DNA from: Eledone cirrhosa
Taxonomy: Eukaryota
Direction: 5' to 3'
Length of the DNA: 64,000 bases
NCBI GenBank assembly: GCA_964016885.1
Contig: OZ024749.1
Span: forward strand, 41,664,001 to 41,728,000
A program made the translations under genes and the position numbers. Below the pieces are notes generated by a model, which ran no database searches, was not told the DNA's origin, and worked only from the letters and a program-made list of their open reading frames with translations. Below, piece after piece: positions 38,071 to 52,049 of the stretch (position 1 is its first letter; each line of letters starts with the position of its first letter).

Positions 38071-40490
38071 GTTGTTGTTATTTTCCACACAGCTGCAATG
38101 CAGCAGAAATGGACAGATGATTGGAATTAGTGGTGGATAGAACTAATATTTCAAGAGTTATCAGGATATTTGACAGCAGAATCAATTCCCTCACTGCCTC
38201 TAGCCATTATTGAAGAACATTGCACTAATTTTAGCAACAATTTTTAAGACAATAACAACCTCCTAAACAGCAATGGCCAATGCCATGTATTGATGTTTCT
38301 CTTCCTCTTACCATATTTTTTTCACCACACATCACACACCACCTACCACAAGCCTTGGACATAGTCTGGAGATCAAGTTCAATGACATGTGAAGCTAGCA
38401 GAGAGCTGTCCTGCTATCTAAAGGGTCACCAGTTCAAACTCTGTCATCCTTTGTTGTGCCTTCTTTTATGTAAAGTTTATTTAACTCTAATACACCACTA
38501 TCATAATAATTGACGTATTTACCTCCTGTTGTTTTTTTAATTTTGCTAGCATGGGTCAGCTATGACATTTTTGAGGCAGCAGTCTATGGCCAAATGCCCT
38601 TCATGACACTAACCACATAACCTTTCCGTTAACATATTTCTAATGAAATACACTACTTATAATTTTCAATTTATAATTTGGAGGGATTTAGTAATATAAC
38701 TAACTTTCACATTATTAAAACAGGTTCATACAAAAGATTATAACAAAAGGATTATGTTGAAGTATAAACACTTTAAAGCAGGTGGATTATCATCATAGAA
38801 CCAGAGGTGGTTTCTGGCAGGTTAGTATCAAAAAGGTTAACTTAATGTACTGGTTATATTTCATTATGGCACCAACACTAGATAGGTTCCCTTGTAATAT
38901 GCAATCGGAAACTCGCCCAACCCATGCTAGCATTGAAAATAGATGTTAAATGGTGATGATGGTGTGTGTGTATATATATAATGATACTTGTCCATTTTTC
39001 CATGCTAGCATGGGTCAGATAAGACTCTTGTAAGGCAGTATTTTATGGTTGGATGTCCTTCCTGATGCCAGCCCACACTAACTGATTTTCTAAAGTAATA
39101 TATAGATCTTCATATATTGACCTGCTGAAAGGCAAGTGAGAGCAGGGCCATCTTAACAGCATTATAAGCTCCCAACAAAGAAATGTACTGGAACCTCTAT
39201 GTACAACATATATAGATTAGTATTGGGCTCCCAGACAGTGGACCCCTAGGAAACTGCCCAGTGTACCCATACCATAAGACACCATTGGGTGAGAGTGGTG
39301 TGATTGGTCAGAACTGTCCAAAACTGTTCATGTGAATAGATGTAATCTGAGAGATGACTTGGAGCACTAGATTGAAAGGACAAATATAGATATTTTCCTC
39401 TTCAAGCAAACTTTCAATAATTTCTTGGGAGAGGAAGGTGAGGGTATGGAAAGGAAAAGTGAGGTGCTACCTTCCAGTGAATTTCCTCAAATATGAGAGA
39501 GGTGAGGCTAGGCCACCTCTCAGAGATAGCATGATGGACTAGATTGAAAAGTCTTAAACAGATATACCTTCCTCTTCAGTGAAATCCTAATTTACTTCAT
39601 CTTGGAGAAGAAGGCAATGGTGAAGAAGGAGAATGACGCGCTGTCTTCTATTAAATTTCCTGAAATGTGGGTGGGAATGGCCCACATGAATGGATCAAAT
39701 TTCAGAACACTTGGTACATTAGATTGAACGGATGTTTATCAATATAACTTTCTCTTTGGTCAAGCCCCCGTCAACTTCTGCCTACACATAACCAGCAAGG
39801 ACAGGTAGACCTAAAACTCAGCATAGTTTCTGAACTATCCTCCATCAGTGGGTCAAGGCGACCCAACTGGATATAGAAGAAAATAGCATATATTCCTCCT
39901 CTTCAGCCAAGCCAACATCAACTTCTTCTTCCCACACTTGACCAGCAAGGACAGGTATAGCCAAAACCCAGCAAAGTTGCTGAGATTTCATCCAACTGTG
40001 GATCAAGACAACCAACCAAGTATAAAAAGAAAATGACATTATTACTCACTGAGTAAAAATGTTCCTCCACCACATTGTTTTTTTATATATATATTATATA
40101 CAATCCATTTTCTCATGCTTCATGTATTAAATATGTTAACACAAACTTACCATTCAATTGGATATGTTTTTAGTACAACATAAACCTGACGGCGACTACT
40201 ACTAATACTACTATGGTTGCAACAACATTTTTTTAAACAAGGCAGGGGAGAGCCAACATTGATATATTTCAGAAAAATATATTGAAGTATTTCAGAAATG
40301 GGGCATGATTTTGGCTGTTACTGTTACAATTATAACCACTGTGTTCAATGGAGCTTTAGTAAGTTTCTAAAGCAGCGAAATACTCATAAAGTTGACTGCT
40401 AATTTAAGTATCAAAGTTTTTCATTACATTCCTCTATGTTTTAAGTTCAATTCCAGGCAGGATTAGCTATGTATCTCATCTCTCTCTCCT

Positions 40491-40526
<36 letters not shown>

Positions 40527-40593
40527 CAAATAACGAAACGAAATTAAATTTTGTTTCGTTTGTAACTCACTTTTGTATGACTGACGCTTAAAC

Positions 40594-41079
40594 AATTAAG
40601 TTAAAAATGTACATCCACATATGTATACTGAAATACTAGTATGCATATGAATACACACACGTGTACATATGTAGATGTACCGAGTTTTCACTGGTCACTT
40701 TACTGTGAGTGTCCAGCTATTCTGTATGTAAACACACAGACAAACCGGTTTTTAGAGTCATACTGGTTTTTGAGGAAACACCTTTCCTCTATTCTCCAGA
40801 TAGCCAGACAAGGAATATTGTCCTTGTCTGGAATATTGGACAAGGAATATTGTCCTTGTCCTTGTCCTTGTCTGGCTTTCTGGAGAATAGAGGAAAGGTG
40901 TTTCCTCAAAAACCAGTATGACTCTAAAAACCGGTTTGTCTGTGTGTTTACATACAGAATAGCTGGACACTCACAGTAAAGTGACCAGTGAAAACTCGGT
41001 ACATCTACATATGTACACGTGTGTGTATTCATATGCATACTAGTATTTCAGTATACATATGTGGATGTACATTTTTAAC

Positions 41080-41085
<6 letters not shown>
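40594..41085. repeat. Inverted repeat with 221-bp arms, in (TA)n
   Basis: 40594-40814 mirrors 40865-41085 (one mismatch seen); the mirror-image ORFs in the track confirm the symmetry. Confidence 0.97.
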
Positions 41086-41118
<33 letters not shown>

Positions 41119-41145
41119 CATATATTTATATATATATATTTACAT

Positions 41146-41428
41146 ATTTGTTTTGCGAGGTTTTTGATATGAAATCGTGTGTCGGAACAAATGACGATGT
41201 TGCAGATGTGCAACGAAAGAACTTTGTTAGACTATATATATGTGTTTGTGTCTATATTATATCTGTATTTTTTACCGTTGGTCAGTCAATGGTAAACATT
41301 GAGGACCGAATAAATTAACTGATATAAAAGATACAGAAGCGAAAACCAACCAAGCACTGAGTGTGTTCCGTTATTAATTCTGGCAATATTATTACAAAAA
41401 TCTGACCCTCCCCAAGTATAACAATATA
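41146..41428 (+). mobile_element. Diverged copy of the 30.6 kb element with a hammerhead-like motif (41186-41228)
   Basis: ATGACGA-T-GTTGCA GATG TGCAAC-GAAA-GAACTT-TGTT; ends in TGACCCTCCCCAAGTATAACA, as the 30.6 kb arm does. Confidence 0.65.
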
Positions 41429-42635
41429 TTTACATATATTTATATATATATATATACCCGACTTCCCACGGGCACAGGTCGAAGCTGAAGCATATATATA
41501 GCATGCACCACTCCATCCCACCTACTCCCCTGGGGACAAGCTGAAGTATACATCCAGTGAAGCCTCCTGTCCAAAAGAATTCTCTCACCTCTTTCTGTTC
41601 AAACTGACCATAACTGGCTGTTCATACTTATGTTCAGGTATTATTCTCAAAATAAATAATATCAAAATCTCATAGACTCAATATGATGTGAGATAATTAT
41701 GGGAAATCAAGTGTTTACCGTGAAAATACAATAATAAATTGTAAGGATATCCATCCAAATTCTTGATTATTTTCAAAAACATTTCAAAATCATTGGCATT
41801 ATCAGGGTCTTTCATTTCAGATATGGTAACAAAGGAGATTAAGGTATATATGGTGAGAGAGAAAGAGGGGGGGGGGGTCACAGAAAAAGTAAATAAAATA
41901 AAAAAAATAAAATAAAATAAAATTAAAATATATATATATATATATTTACCATTTCCTATAACTTGTTTCCTTCCAAAATATTTAAACCCTGGTTCAAGTC
42001 ACAAAGTGTTAATCCTATTCAGAATTAAGAGGCTCTTAAACAGCTAAGTATGTCATCTGGCCTGGGTTGTCATACATTATCGGAAGTCCTCCTTCCCCCT
42101 TCACCCTTTCCATATACACACACCCTCACCACAAATATCCACCTTAACCCCACATCTAATTATAACAGACAGTCAAACATACAGATAGACAGACAGACAA
42201 ACACTATACTTGAATAGAGAGCAAGGGCAATTTATCTTGTCTCTCCCACTCCCCCTCCCCCTCGTATTTAGTTTGTGGGAAGAGGAGGGGGAGGTGAAGG
42301 AAAATGAGAAGAAGAGTTGGAGGAGGAAGAGAGTTGCTGAGTTGAAAGAATTACTTAAAAAAACAGTTGTAATGTGTTTCTGATTCTAAGTTCGTTAGAT
42401 GGGAATGACAGTGTCTGAGCACCCAGTTCTTCTGTCACCTGAACGACCTACTTGGTTGAATTAGCATGCAAACTGGCTGAGTATACATTTAACCTCAGTC
42501 TCCACCGAAAAACAGACATAAGAGAACAGTGATGATATATTCACACACAGTAATATATATATACATATATGTATATACACGCACACACACACATACATAT
42601 ACAAACACACGCATGCACATTAAATATACTGTATA

Positions 42636-43110
42636 CAAGGTGGTATTAAAAAGTTCCCGGACTAGTTATGTTTAAAAAAACTAATATATTTACTTAAGTT
42701 TTAACATCATCTCCTTCAAAATAATCCCCTTGCGCAGCAATACACCGGTCCCAGCATTCCTGCCACTTTTGGAAACTGGCCAGGAAGTCGTTTTCTGTAA
42801 GTGAGTCAAGAACCTTCTGTGATTTACTCTGGGTCTCGGCAACGGAGTTAAAATGACGACCTTTGAGCTGCATTTTCAGCTTGGAGATGAGATGGAAGTC
42901 TACAGGTGCTAAATCTGGCAAATAGGGTGAGTGCAGAAGAGATACAATTTTGTTTTTGGTGAGAATCTCACAAGTGAGGAGAAGTCAGTGACAGGGTGTG
43001 TTGTTGTTGTTGTGAAGAATCCAATTCTTCGCGCTCCACTGATCGGATGTCGAAAAAAATGATGAGCATGTTCTTGATTAGCTCTGGCTGTCATGCCTTC
43101 TTCGGTCATG
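42636..43110 (-). mobile_element. mariner transposon relic (transposase C-terminus plus one terminus)
   Basis: PDLAPVDFHLISKLKMQLKGRHF...FQKWQECWDRCIAAQGDYFEGD; TA|CAAGGTGGTATTAAAAAGTTCCCGGACT end. Confidence 0.85.
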
Positions 43111-45019
43111 GAGATAAAGAGTTTTATATATATATATATATATATATATCATCATCATCATTTTACGTCCGCTTTTCCTTGCTTGCAAGGGTGGGACAGG
43201 TCCTTTTCAGCACAGCATCTCTCCATTCATCACCGCTGTGAGCTTCAACGATCTGAGGTCAGCACTCACGATTTCCGCCCATGTTTTTCGTGGTCTTCCT
43301 CTACTGCATCTTCCTTCGACTGGGATTTCATATATATACAGATATATATATACACATATATATATATTCATAGAATAATGACGAAAACTCAACGAAAGGA
43401 AGCTTTTAAAACAGCATTGCGTAAAACAGCATAAAATTTACCTCAAAAGATAGAAATCAGCAGCTAGAAATATGTTGGCCCGCATATGAGAACCATTGTC
43501 ACCCCTCTCAAACCCACCCTGGGGTCTCTAAGATTAGCCCTCCTCTTTCCGAATGTGGGCCATTCTCACTACGCTCTAATCTACTTTTCAGCAAATTCAT
43601 GAGAGAGCAACACCTCACTTTCCCCATTTCAGTTCACTCACTTTTTATGTCCATGGAGAAATGCATAAAAATGTTTGCATTTGTTGGTGTATTTATTTGC
43701 ACATTACACAGCTTCAGTTATATCATGAATATGTTACTGTACATTCACATAAATAAATACCCACCTTTCACATCCTACAATTAAGTGGCTAGCATTAAGA
43801 AAGAAGTTCTGAGACATCAAGCTGTATAAAATACTTGATACACTGAATGAAACCTGACCGAACCAGGAAACTGATGACATCTTACAAAATAAATACCAAC
43901 ATTACTTAATAAAGAGGTTGAATATAGAAGAGAGAAATGTAATTGGCAATACACTATCTGGAAAAAAAAAAAGTAAACTAGCAGAGCAACAGCAACAGTA
44001 CAGTATTAAAGGGGTGGGTTTATAAATGAAAGATAGGGCCAGATCCTTAAGCCCTTAATAGATAAGAAGGTAAGAAAGAAAGAGGAAGAGATAATTGGTA
44101 GGTAAGAGTAGAATGAAGGGTATAACACAAAACTTAGAGAAAGAGTGAAAAGATAAAAAGACAAAAGAACTATCAGGCAGTTTGAGTTAAAAGTCACAGA
44201 ATTAGAGAGAAATAAAATAAAACTAAATTTACAGTTCACACCTATGTAATGCATAGCTGGCCTCCTACAAGGTTTCATCTCATAGGTTTCTTAGGGGTTT
44301 TGATTATAGGAACCCTAGTCCTATCATGAAAAACAATGGGAAATGGAGTATCTTGCTTAAGAACACAATGTGCTTCCCAGTCCAGAAATCAAACCCATGA
44401 GCTTATTTATTATCATGAGTCCAACACCCTAACCACTAGGCCATGTGTCTTCACATTAATAGATAGAAACCTGTAAATGAAGGACTGGAGTGGGTTACGA
44501 GTAAAGCAGGAGGTGTGAGAGAGAGAGGATGTTGGTAGATAAGAATAGGATGAAGGACATAAAGTAATGCAGAATAAATAACTAGAGCAGTGGTTCTCAA
44601 CCTAGTGTCCACAAATGTTATACTGAAGGGATCTGTGATCTATGTTCAAAATTTCAAGCAAAAACATAATATCCATATGCTATTGGTTAATCATTTTTCT
44701 CTATAACTATTTCTCTTTTTCAATTGTTATTTTTGCCATATGACATACTGCTAAATAATTACAAGATTTTAAGAGTTAATTAACATCCTTGCATATACAA
44801 AATTTAGAAAAAAATAACTATCGCTAAAAACTGAAGTCTTTACTCTAATAATGCAAATTTTCACAATTTGTCCATTATATTATAAACATTTGAATTAACA
44901 AACTAATTACAGGATGTACTCACCATATTCAGCCATATGCATGTCAGTGTATCAAATATATAATCCTCCATTGGATAGCTAAATATATACTTTGAATACA
45001 TTCTTCACTCCTATATTTA

Positions 45020-45450
45020 CAGATCAGTTTAATCTCTCCTTTGGCTGCTCAACAGTCAATGTGTCTCAGATAAATATTTAAATATACCTCTATCCTCATA
45101 GACTGTAACCTTGAATTGAATCCTGGCTCTACTCCTTTGGTTGTTCAAATGTCACTGTGCCTCAAATAGATCAAATTGAATCCTGGCTGTACTCCTTCAG
45201 CTGCTCAATAGTCAATGTGTCTCAGATATACAATAAACCTCTGTCTTCACAGATCAACTGAATCCTGGCTCTAATCCTTTGGCTGCTCAACAGTTACTGT
45301 GCCTCAGATATATAATGCACCTCTATTTTCACAGGTCAAACTGAATCCTGACTCTACTCCTTCGTTTGCTCCACAGTTAATGTGTCTCAGATAGATCAAA
45401 GTGAATTCTAACTCAACTCCTTTGGCTGCTCAGTACTGAATGTGTTTCTA
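45020..45450. repeat. Diverged 60-80 bp tandem repeat
   Basis: Repeated GAATCCTGGCTCTACTCCTTTGGCTGCTCAACAGTCAATGTGTCTCAGATA. Confidence 0.8.
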
Positions 45451-46582
45451 ACAGATATTTAACGATGTAATCACCTAAACCAATACTTCTCCACTTCTTC
45501 TTTTCCATATTGTGTCATCTCACTTTTATAACAGCAAATTAAATTCTTGCCAATCCTTCTTCAAACATTTTCATCCCACTGGAATTCCTTTTTCACCCAC
45601 CCGTGTTTACCTGCAAACTGCAACTATTTAAATTATAATTAAACATAAACAATATCTGATCACTTTGAACTTTGATCTTCAAGTAAGAGTAGATAAGAGT
45701 AAAGCCTGAAAAGGCTATATGCAACACCCTTCCTTCTCAGGTTAGCAAGCAGTTAAAGAGAGAAATGCTATATCAACAGATGTTATTAATTAAATAGATG
45801 CGTTAATTAGTAATTAGAGAGAAAGAGAGAGACTCCAGAGAGGAGAATACATTTCAGAATTACATTAGCAGGAAATATAAGTTTTTTAGCAGGAAATGCT
45901 AAATAAAATGGTGAACGCAGGAGTGATGGTGAGCAAAGAAAGTTGGGCGGAGGTGGCAGAGGAAGAGTTTTACGTCAGATGAAACTCTGGTATTTACCTG
46001 CAAAGCTGCATGATTACCACGAAGGTGTTCCATCATTTTTATGTATATATCAATTGGCTATGAGTTCTGACCAATCAATCAGTCAGGTAGATATAAGATC
46101 AATGATTAAACTGTCACCTGAAAATGAAGTATATTCCACAACTTATTCCAAAATACAATTTAAACAAATCATCATCATCATCATCATCATCACCGTTTTA
46201 TGTCCATTCTTCCACGCTAGCATGGGTTAGACAGGTTGTCCTGTTGTGGCAGTGCTAGATCAGGTGACCATGTCTTGCTCATACGGAACTGATTTTGGCT
46301 TGATTTCTACAGTTGGATGCCCTTCCTAACACCAACCTCCTTTACAGTGAGTACTGGGTGCTTTTTTACCGTGGCGACTACACGGTCACTTTATAGTGTG
46401 GACTGGGTGCTTTTTTGTCGTGACACCTCCACTATGCAGTGGAAGGGAGTGGGGACATATTGGCTATATGCTTCAGCTTCGGCTTGTACCCGTGGGAAGT
46501 CGAGTCTTCCCAATAATATCTTGAAATGGTAAATAGAAAGTTCAAGAGGATATTTTAACCTCTACAGACCATATTTCTAATA

Positions 46583-46902
46583 CAGTGATTCCCAACGTGA
46601 GGCGCACACCCCACAGGGGAGCAATTTCAATATTCAAGGGTTGCAATTTGAAAATGATGTCAATGAGAACAAACTTCAGGTTTTACCTTATTACTTTTAC
46701 ACCAAGGCAACTTTGGAACAAATTACTGTCAGAAACTCCTGTCTCACTTCCTACACACATGTTATTATGCATCTGGCATCACCCATAAGCCAATTTGTTT
46801 AGATTTTGTAGTTGATCATTGCTGTTTTTGTATCAAAGTGGGGCATTAAAATGTTTGAGATGTTGAGGTGGGGCATGGAGCACAAAAGATTGGGAACCAC
46901 TG
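46583..46902. mobile_element. hAT (Charlie-like) MITE
   Basis: CAGTGATTCCCAA / TTGGGAACCACTG TIRs; 8-bp TSD TTCTAATA/TTCTAATG. Confidence 0.8.
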
Positions 46903-47319
46903 TTCTAATGAAATACACTCTATTTTAATTAATTAATGAAGAATTTTTAGGGATTTACTAAAAATTATTAATTATTTCATGCTCTACGTTCAAATGCTAC
47001 TGAGGTCAACTTTACCTTTCAACCTTCCAGAGTTGATAAAAGATAGTACCAGTTAAGTACTGGGGTAGATCTAATCAACTTTCCCTTCCCACAAAATTGC
47101 TGGCCTTGTGCCTAAATCAGAAATTATTATTTATTATTATTATCTAGTAACACTATTATATTACATATGTTAGTCAGGCTTATTATATTTCATTCAACTA
47201 TAATTTCATAAAACCACTTACAACATCAACAAAAACTACTGCTACTACAGCTACTGCTGCTAATGAGTTCTCAACAATTTGCATAACAAAACAAGTAAAC
47301 AGCTGTTATAATAATAATA

Positions 47320-47362
<43 letters not shown>

Positions 47363-47719
47363 TTAATAACGACAACAACAACAATGGTAATGATCTTAAA
47401 AAATTAAATATAAAACTAATAATAACAAAACTTATTTATGTTATGGAAAATTCTAATTTTTCTGATATATTTTACAATTTCCCTCAGGTAATTGTAATTC
47501 AACAAGATATCAGATGTAAGTTAATATATTCCAGAAGGAGATAGAAATAGATAGATAGAGACAGAGTGTCTGAATGACAGAGAGAAAGAGTGATAGATAT
47601 ATAGAGAAAGATTGATAGATAGAGTGGGTGAGATAGATAGAAAAGATTGCTTTACAAATGACTTTAGAATCATCTTGTATATAATTATTAAATGTCACAA
47701 AAATATGTTGGAGCTACAT

Positions 47720-48080
47720 TAGTCATCACAATAAACGTCATTGTTGTCATCATCAGCATCACAATCATCACAATCATCATCACCAGTGCTATTGCCATCA
47801 TCATCATCATTACCATTACCATCATCATCATAACCTTCATCACCATCATCAACATTGCTATTACCATTATCATTGCCACTATCACCATCGTCATTATGAC
47901 CATCATCATGACGACCATCAGCATAAACTATCGCCATCATCACTATCATCAATATTGCTATTATCATTATCATTGTCGTTATCACCATCGTCATTATGAC
48001 CATCATCATCATCATCATCACCATGACCATCAGCATAACTATCATCACCATCATCAACAGCATCATGACCATCATTATCA
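47720..48080. repeat. (CAT)-rich low-complexity tract
   Basis: Degenerate CAT/TAT triplets. Confidence 0.85.
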
Positions 48081-48361
48081 AAACGGTGGAGGATTACTAG
48101 AGTTGTTAGAGCATAGGACAAAATGAGTTGCAGCATTTGATCCCACTCTTTGCATTCTGAGTTCGAATCCTACCATGATCAATTTGGGTGGTAGATTTAA
48201 CCAGTTTGTGACAGTATGTCTTATGAAATACACTTTATTTCAATTAATTAATTAATAGAAAAGTTTGAGAGATTCACTAAAATTATTAACTATTTCATTA
48301 CTAATATACTAACTTAACATATAGTTCTTGTATAAAATTATGTTGGAAAATTTTAATTTAA

Positions 48362-48569
48362 CCCTTTAGCATTTACATTACTCTATATGTACTATTGTAT
48401 TTTCACAGTAAACACTTTATCTCTCATAATATCAAATCTATGAGATTTCAATATCATTTATATTGAGAACAATACCTTAATGTCAGTATGAGTGCCCAGT
48501 TACAGCCAATTTGAACAGAAAGAGGTGAGAGAATTCTGGCTGGATACAGCCAGTTTAAATGCTAAAGGG
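48362..48569. mobile_element. piggyBac-type MITE nested in a larger piggyBac MITE
   Basis: TTAA|CCCTTTAGCATTTA...TAAATGCTAAAGGG|TTAA; the two flanks join into sequence homologous to 33123-33378. Confidence 0.8.
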
Positions 48570-51397
48570 TTAAATAATAACCCTATAAAAAGGGTGGTTT
48601 TGTTTCATAGAACCAGAGCCTGCTTTTGATTGGGGTTGGTATCAAGAAGGTTATTCTGTTTGTATTTTATCTATAGTCTTATTTTTCAAGCAACTGAGTA
48701 GAAATTAGTTAAACAAAATTCTTCCTTCTAAAAGTTAAAATATACTATAGCATTGAAATAGACATAGAAGCTTTGCCATAATATTTTGAGTAAATAATTT
48801 AGTTTAATGGAGCATATAAATCCACTGAAAGGAAAAAATGGATATCAGAGTTCAAATCCCACCGAGATTAGCTTTGTCTTTCATACTTACAAGGTCGATA
48901 AAAGAAAGTACCAGTAACAAACTGAGGTCGAGTTAATCACCCCCCCCCCCCCCCCAAAAAAAATGCTGGCCTTGTGCCTGAATCAGAAACCATTATTTAA
49001 TCAAGATATTAGAGCAAAGCTTCTATTTCTATTCCAAACTTTACTTTCCATGTTCCAAACATACTTCTTTTGTTTACAGATTATACCATATTAAGTAATT
49101 AAAAAAGATAATTGGGACAATTTCCCACTGATCTTTTGACCCCAAATTAGTTCTTCTCTCTGCCCTTGTTAACATGGATGACAACTAATTCACTATCAAT
49201 TATTATTTGTTACCATTAAGACATAATTATTATTTTGATGGGCAGAATTGTGAGAGCAGCAGACGAAATATTTTGCTGCATATAGTTAAAGCCCTTTATG
49301 TTCTGAGTTAAAATCCAGCTGAGGTTAGCTTTGCCTTTCATCCTTACGGGGTCGATAAAATAAAGCATCAGTAATGCACTGGGGTCAATTTAATCGACCT
49401 TCCCCTCCTCCAAAATTGCTGGCCTTGGGCCTAAATCAGAAACCATTTTTACTATTATTAATGTTTTATATTTTATCTTGTGTTTTATAATAATTTTATA
49501 CATATTTCATGTTTTATCAAATGTTATCTGTGTATTGTATAATGTCCTTGCTGCTACCCTTGTTTTATATAATATTGTCCAGCCCCATATGTATTGTAAC
49601 CTCTGTGTGTATAATTCTTCTATCTGCCAGCCTTTGTGGCTAAGAAAGAAATCATTTTTGTTTGGACAATATAGCCTGGATGTCAAATGAAAGAATTTAT
49701 CCAATAACAATACTACTGGAGTTACATCCCTTGTATCTATGGGAAACCAATAAACAAAGCGAGAAAGCGAGACAACATTGTGTAATAATTGTAAGCATGG
49801 GAGCTAAGGAAAGAATACTGCTTGCAGAACTGACATATTTTATCAATTACACACACATATATAAATATACTCACACCTATACATATATATAAATACACAC
49901 ATATACACACATAGTTATACACACTCACACACACTTCTTTATATACACATATATATATATATATATATATATATGAAAAACAAGGGGAAGAAGAATACTG
50001 CATGGTTGCACATGGATTACATATTATAAAATTAGTCCCTCATCAGTGATTTTGCCAACCATCATTGGTATTTCATCGCATTAAAAATCAGATACCTCAG
50101 GTTGGTGCGAGCAATAACTAAAATAAGCTATTGGGACAAGTGAAACGCGTAAAGCGAGTGAGACAAGTAAACAACAGAAGGGAAAGCAAACTGAAGGTTG
50201 GAAAACAGCAAGCCACATGATAGTTATCCGATCAGCATAAGCTGGGTGAATTTCATGAGCGGTCAGAGAAGCAGACCGTACGCCGTGAGTGCGGTGTGAG
50301 AAAGAAGGAACCCCACTAGTAGCGAACGGGAGGAAGTGAGAAGGGGAGAAACAGAGAGTGAGTGAGTGGAAGTGCGAGGAAGAGGTCAGTCGAGAGAAAA
50401 AGTGTAACTGACAGAGAGGGTGAAAGAAGGTAAGAGAAACAGAGAGACACACATATATATATAGTTAGTTAGTTCCACATATTTTGCCAAGCGGATTTTC
50501 AACCCGTGTATGGCTACAATGAGAACAGAACTTTATACCGAACTCGTCCTCTGAACTGAGTGCTCTATTTACTATGGATATAACCTCTCGGTGTTTTACC
50601 ACTACATATATATAGGGGTTAAATTGTTGGATACATGATGGTTGAACTGATACACTGTTCTTGAGCAAGACACTTCATTTTATAATAGGACCAGGGTCCC
50701 TATATTAAAACACCCAAGAAATCTATGAGATAAAACTTTGTAGGAAGTCAGCTAAAACGGCATATTTGCAAGCTGTAAATTTCAAAAACATGCATGCATA
50801 CACACATACATATGTACACACATACACACACGTACACATACATATATATATACGTGTAAAAATATGTGTTTATGTAGGTGGTTGGGTTGCAAGAACAATT
50901 TCATTAAAATGTAACAGAATATTTCCCAAAATGTAGCAGATTATGTTAAATAGAAAAAAAACACAGGATGAAAATTACCTAGCAAATTATATACATATAA
51001 GATGGTTTGTAGGTAGGTTGGTCCTAATTTACTAACTTGTTAATTCGATATGTTATTCAAGAGAATTTTTAACTTGAAAATTCAAAATGTTAACATAGAA
51101 AGTAGCCCAATCTACAATTTTTTTATACCAAACTGTCTGAAACTGTGCCTGGTTCCCTGATATAAGGCTGTTGGTTTTAACCCCATTGATACCAACACAG
51201 TCAAAACTGTCTCTGGTTCTATGACACAAAACCACCCATTTTAATTTGAATGGTTCCTATTTAATTCTTTTGATATCATCCCAGTTGAAACAAGGGAGAG
51301 GGTGAGAGAGAGAGAGAGAGTGAAAAATAAATATAAAAAGATACAAAGAGTTAAAATGTGTATGAGATGGACATAGTGAGAATGAGATAAATAGATA

Positions 51398-51790
51398 TAT
51401 TTCTTTATTTGCCACAAGGGCGCACAAGAAAAGGGGACAATACAAAGACATGCCGTGTAAAAAATATAAAAACAAACAATTACAACAATCGAAATCCCCA
51501 ATAGGGAGGAAGCCCCACAAATGGTTGCTTAATACCCCGTCGATAGAACAACCCTCAACTCCAGGAGCGTGTTGTGCAAGTGCTCCTTTCTTCCTTTTGC
51601 TCTCTTCTTCAACCTACAGGCTTATAAACAGAGAAGGCCCAATCACTCGGGCCATTTTCGATTCATTCACCCACCTTTCAGTAAATTTACTGGGGTGCAG
51701 TGCCTCTAGTGATACCTAAAGAAGGGAATCAATTGTTGTCCAGAGAGAAAGGCATCTGTCCTCAGTCCTCTCAATCTCGTCCACCATATA
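51398..51790 (-). mobile_element. 5'-truncated Tx1/L1-like LINE with a 19-bp TSD
   Basis: AGAATGAGATAAATAGATA at 51379-51397 and 51791-51809; minus-strand 3' end TGTGGCAAATAAAGAAATA; ORF remnant (ERWV..SKMARV.G). Confidence 0.65.
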
Positions 51791-51834
51791 AGAATGAGAT
51801 AAATAGATAGATAGATAGGTAGGTAGATAGATAA

Positions 51835-51926
<92 letters not shown>

Positions 51927-52049
51927 GAAGATACAAAGAAGGGAGTGAAAATGTGTGTGAGATGGACAGACATAGTGAGAAAGTGGTAGATAGACAGACA
52001 GACAAAAAAGATAGATAGATAGGTAGATAGATAGGATAGATAGATAGAT

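Noticed and set aside
40641-41038. Mirror-image 112-aa ORFs on both strands
   Set aside because: A trivial consequence of the palindrome; no recognisable protein.
45561-45610. Possible terminal coding exon on the minus strand (TTTGCAG|..KHGWVKKEFQWDENV*)
   Set aside because: Too short, with no recognisable homology and no supported upstream exons.
50010-50050. CTGATGAG on the minus strand as another hammerhead (also CTGATGA at about 37376 and 43870)
   Set aside because: No correctly placed GAAA, stem III or stem I.
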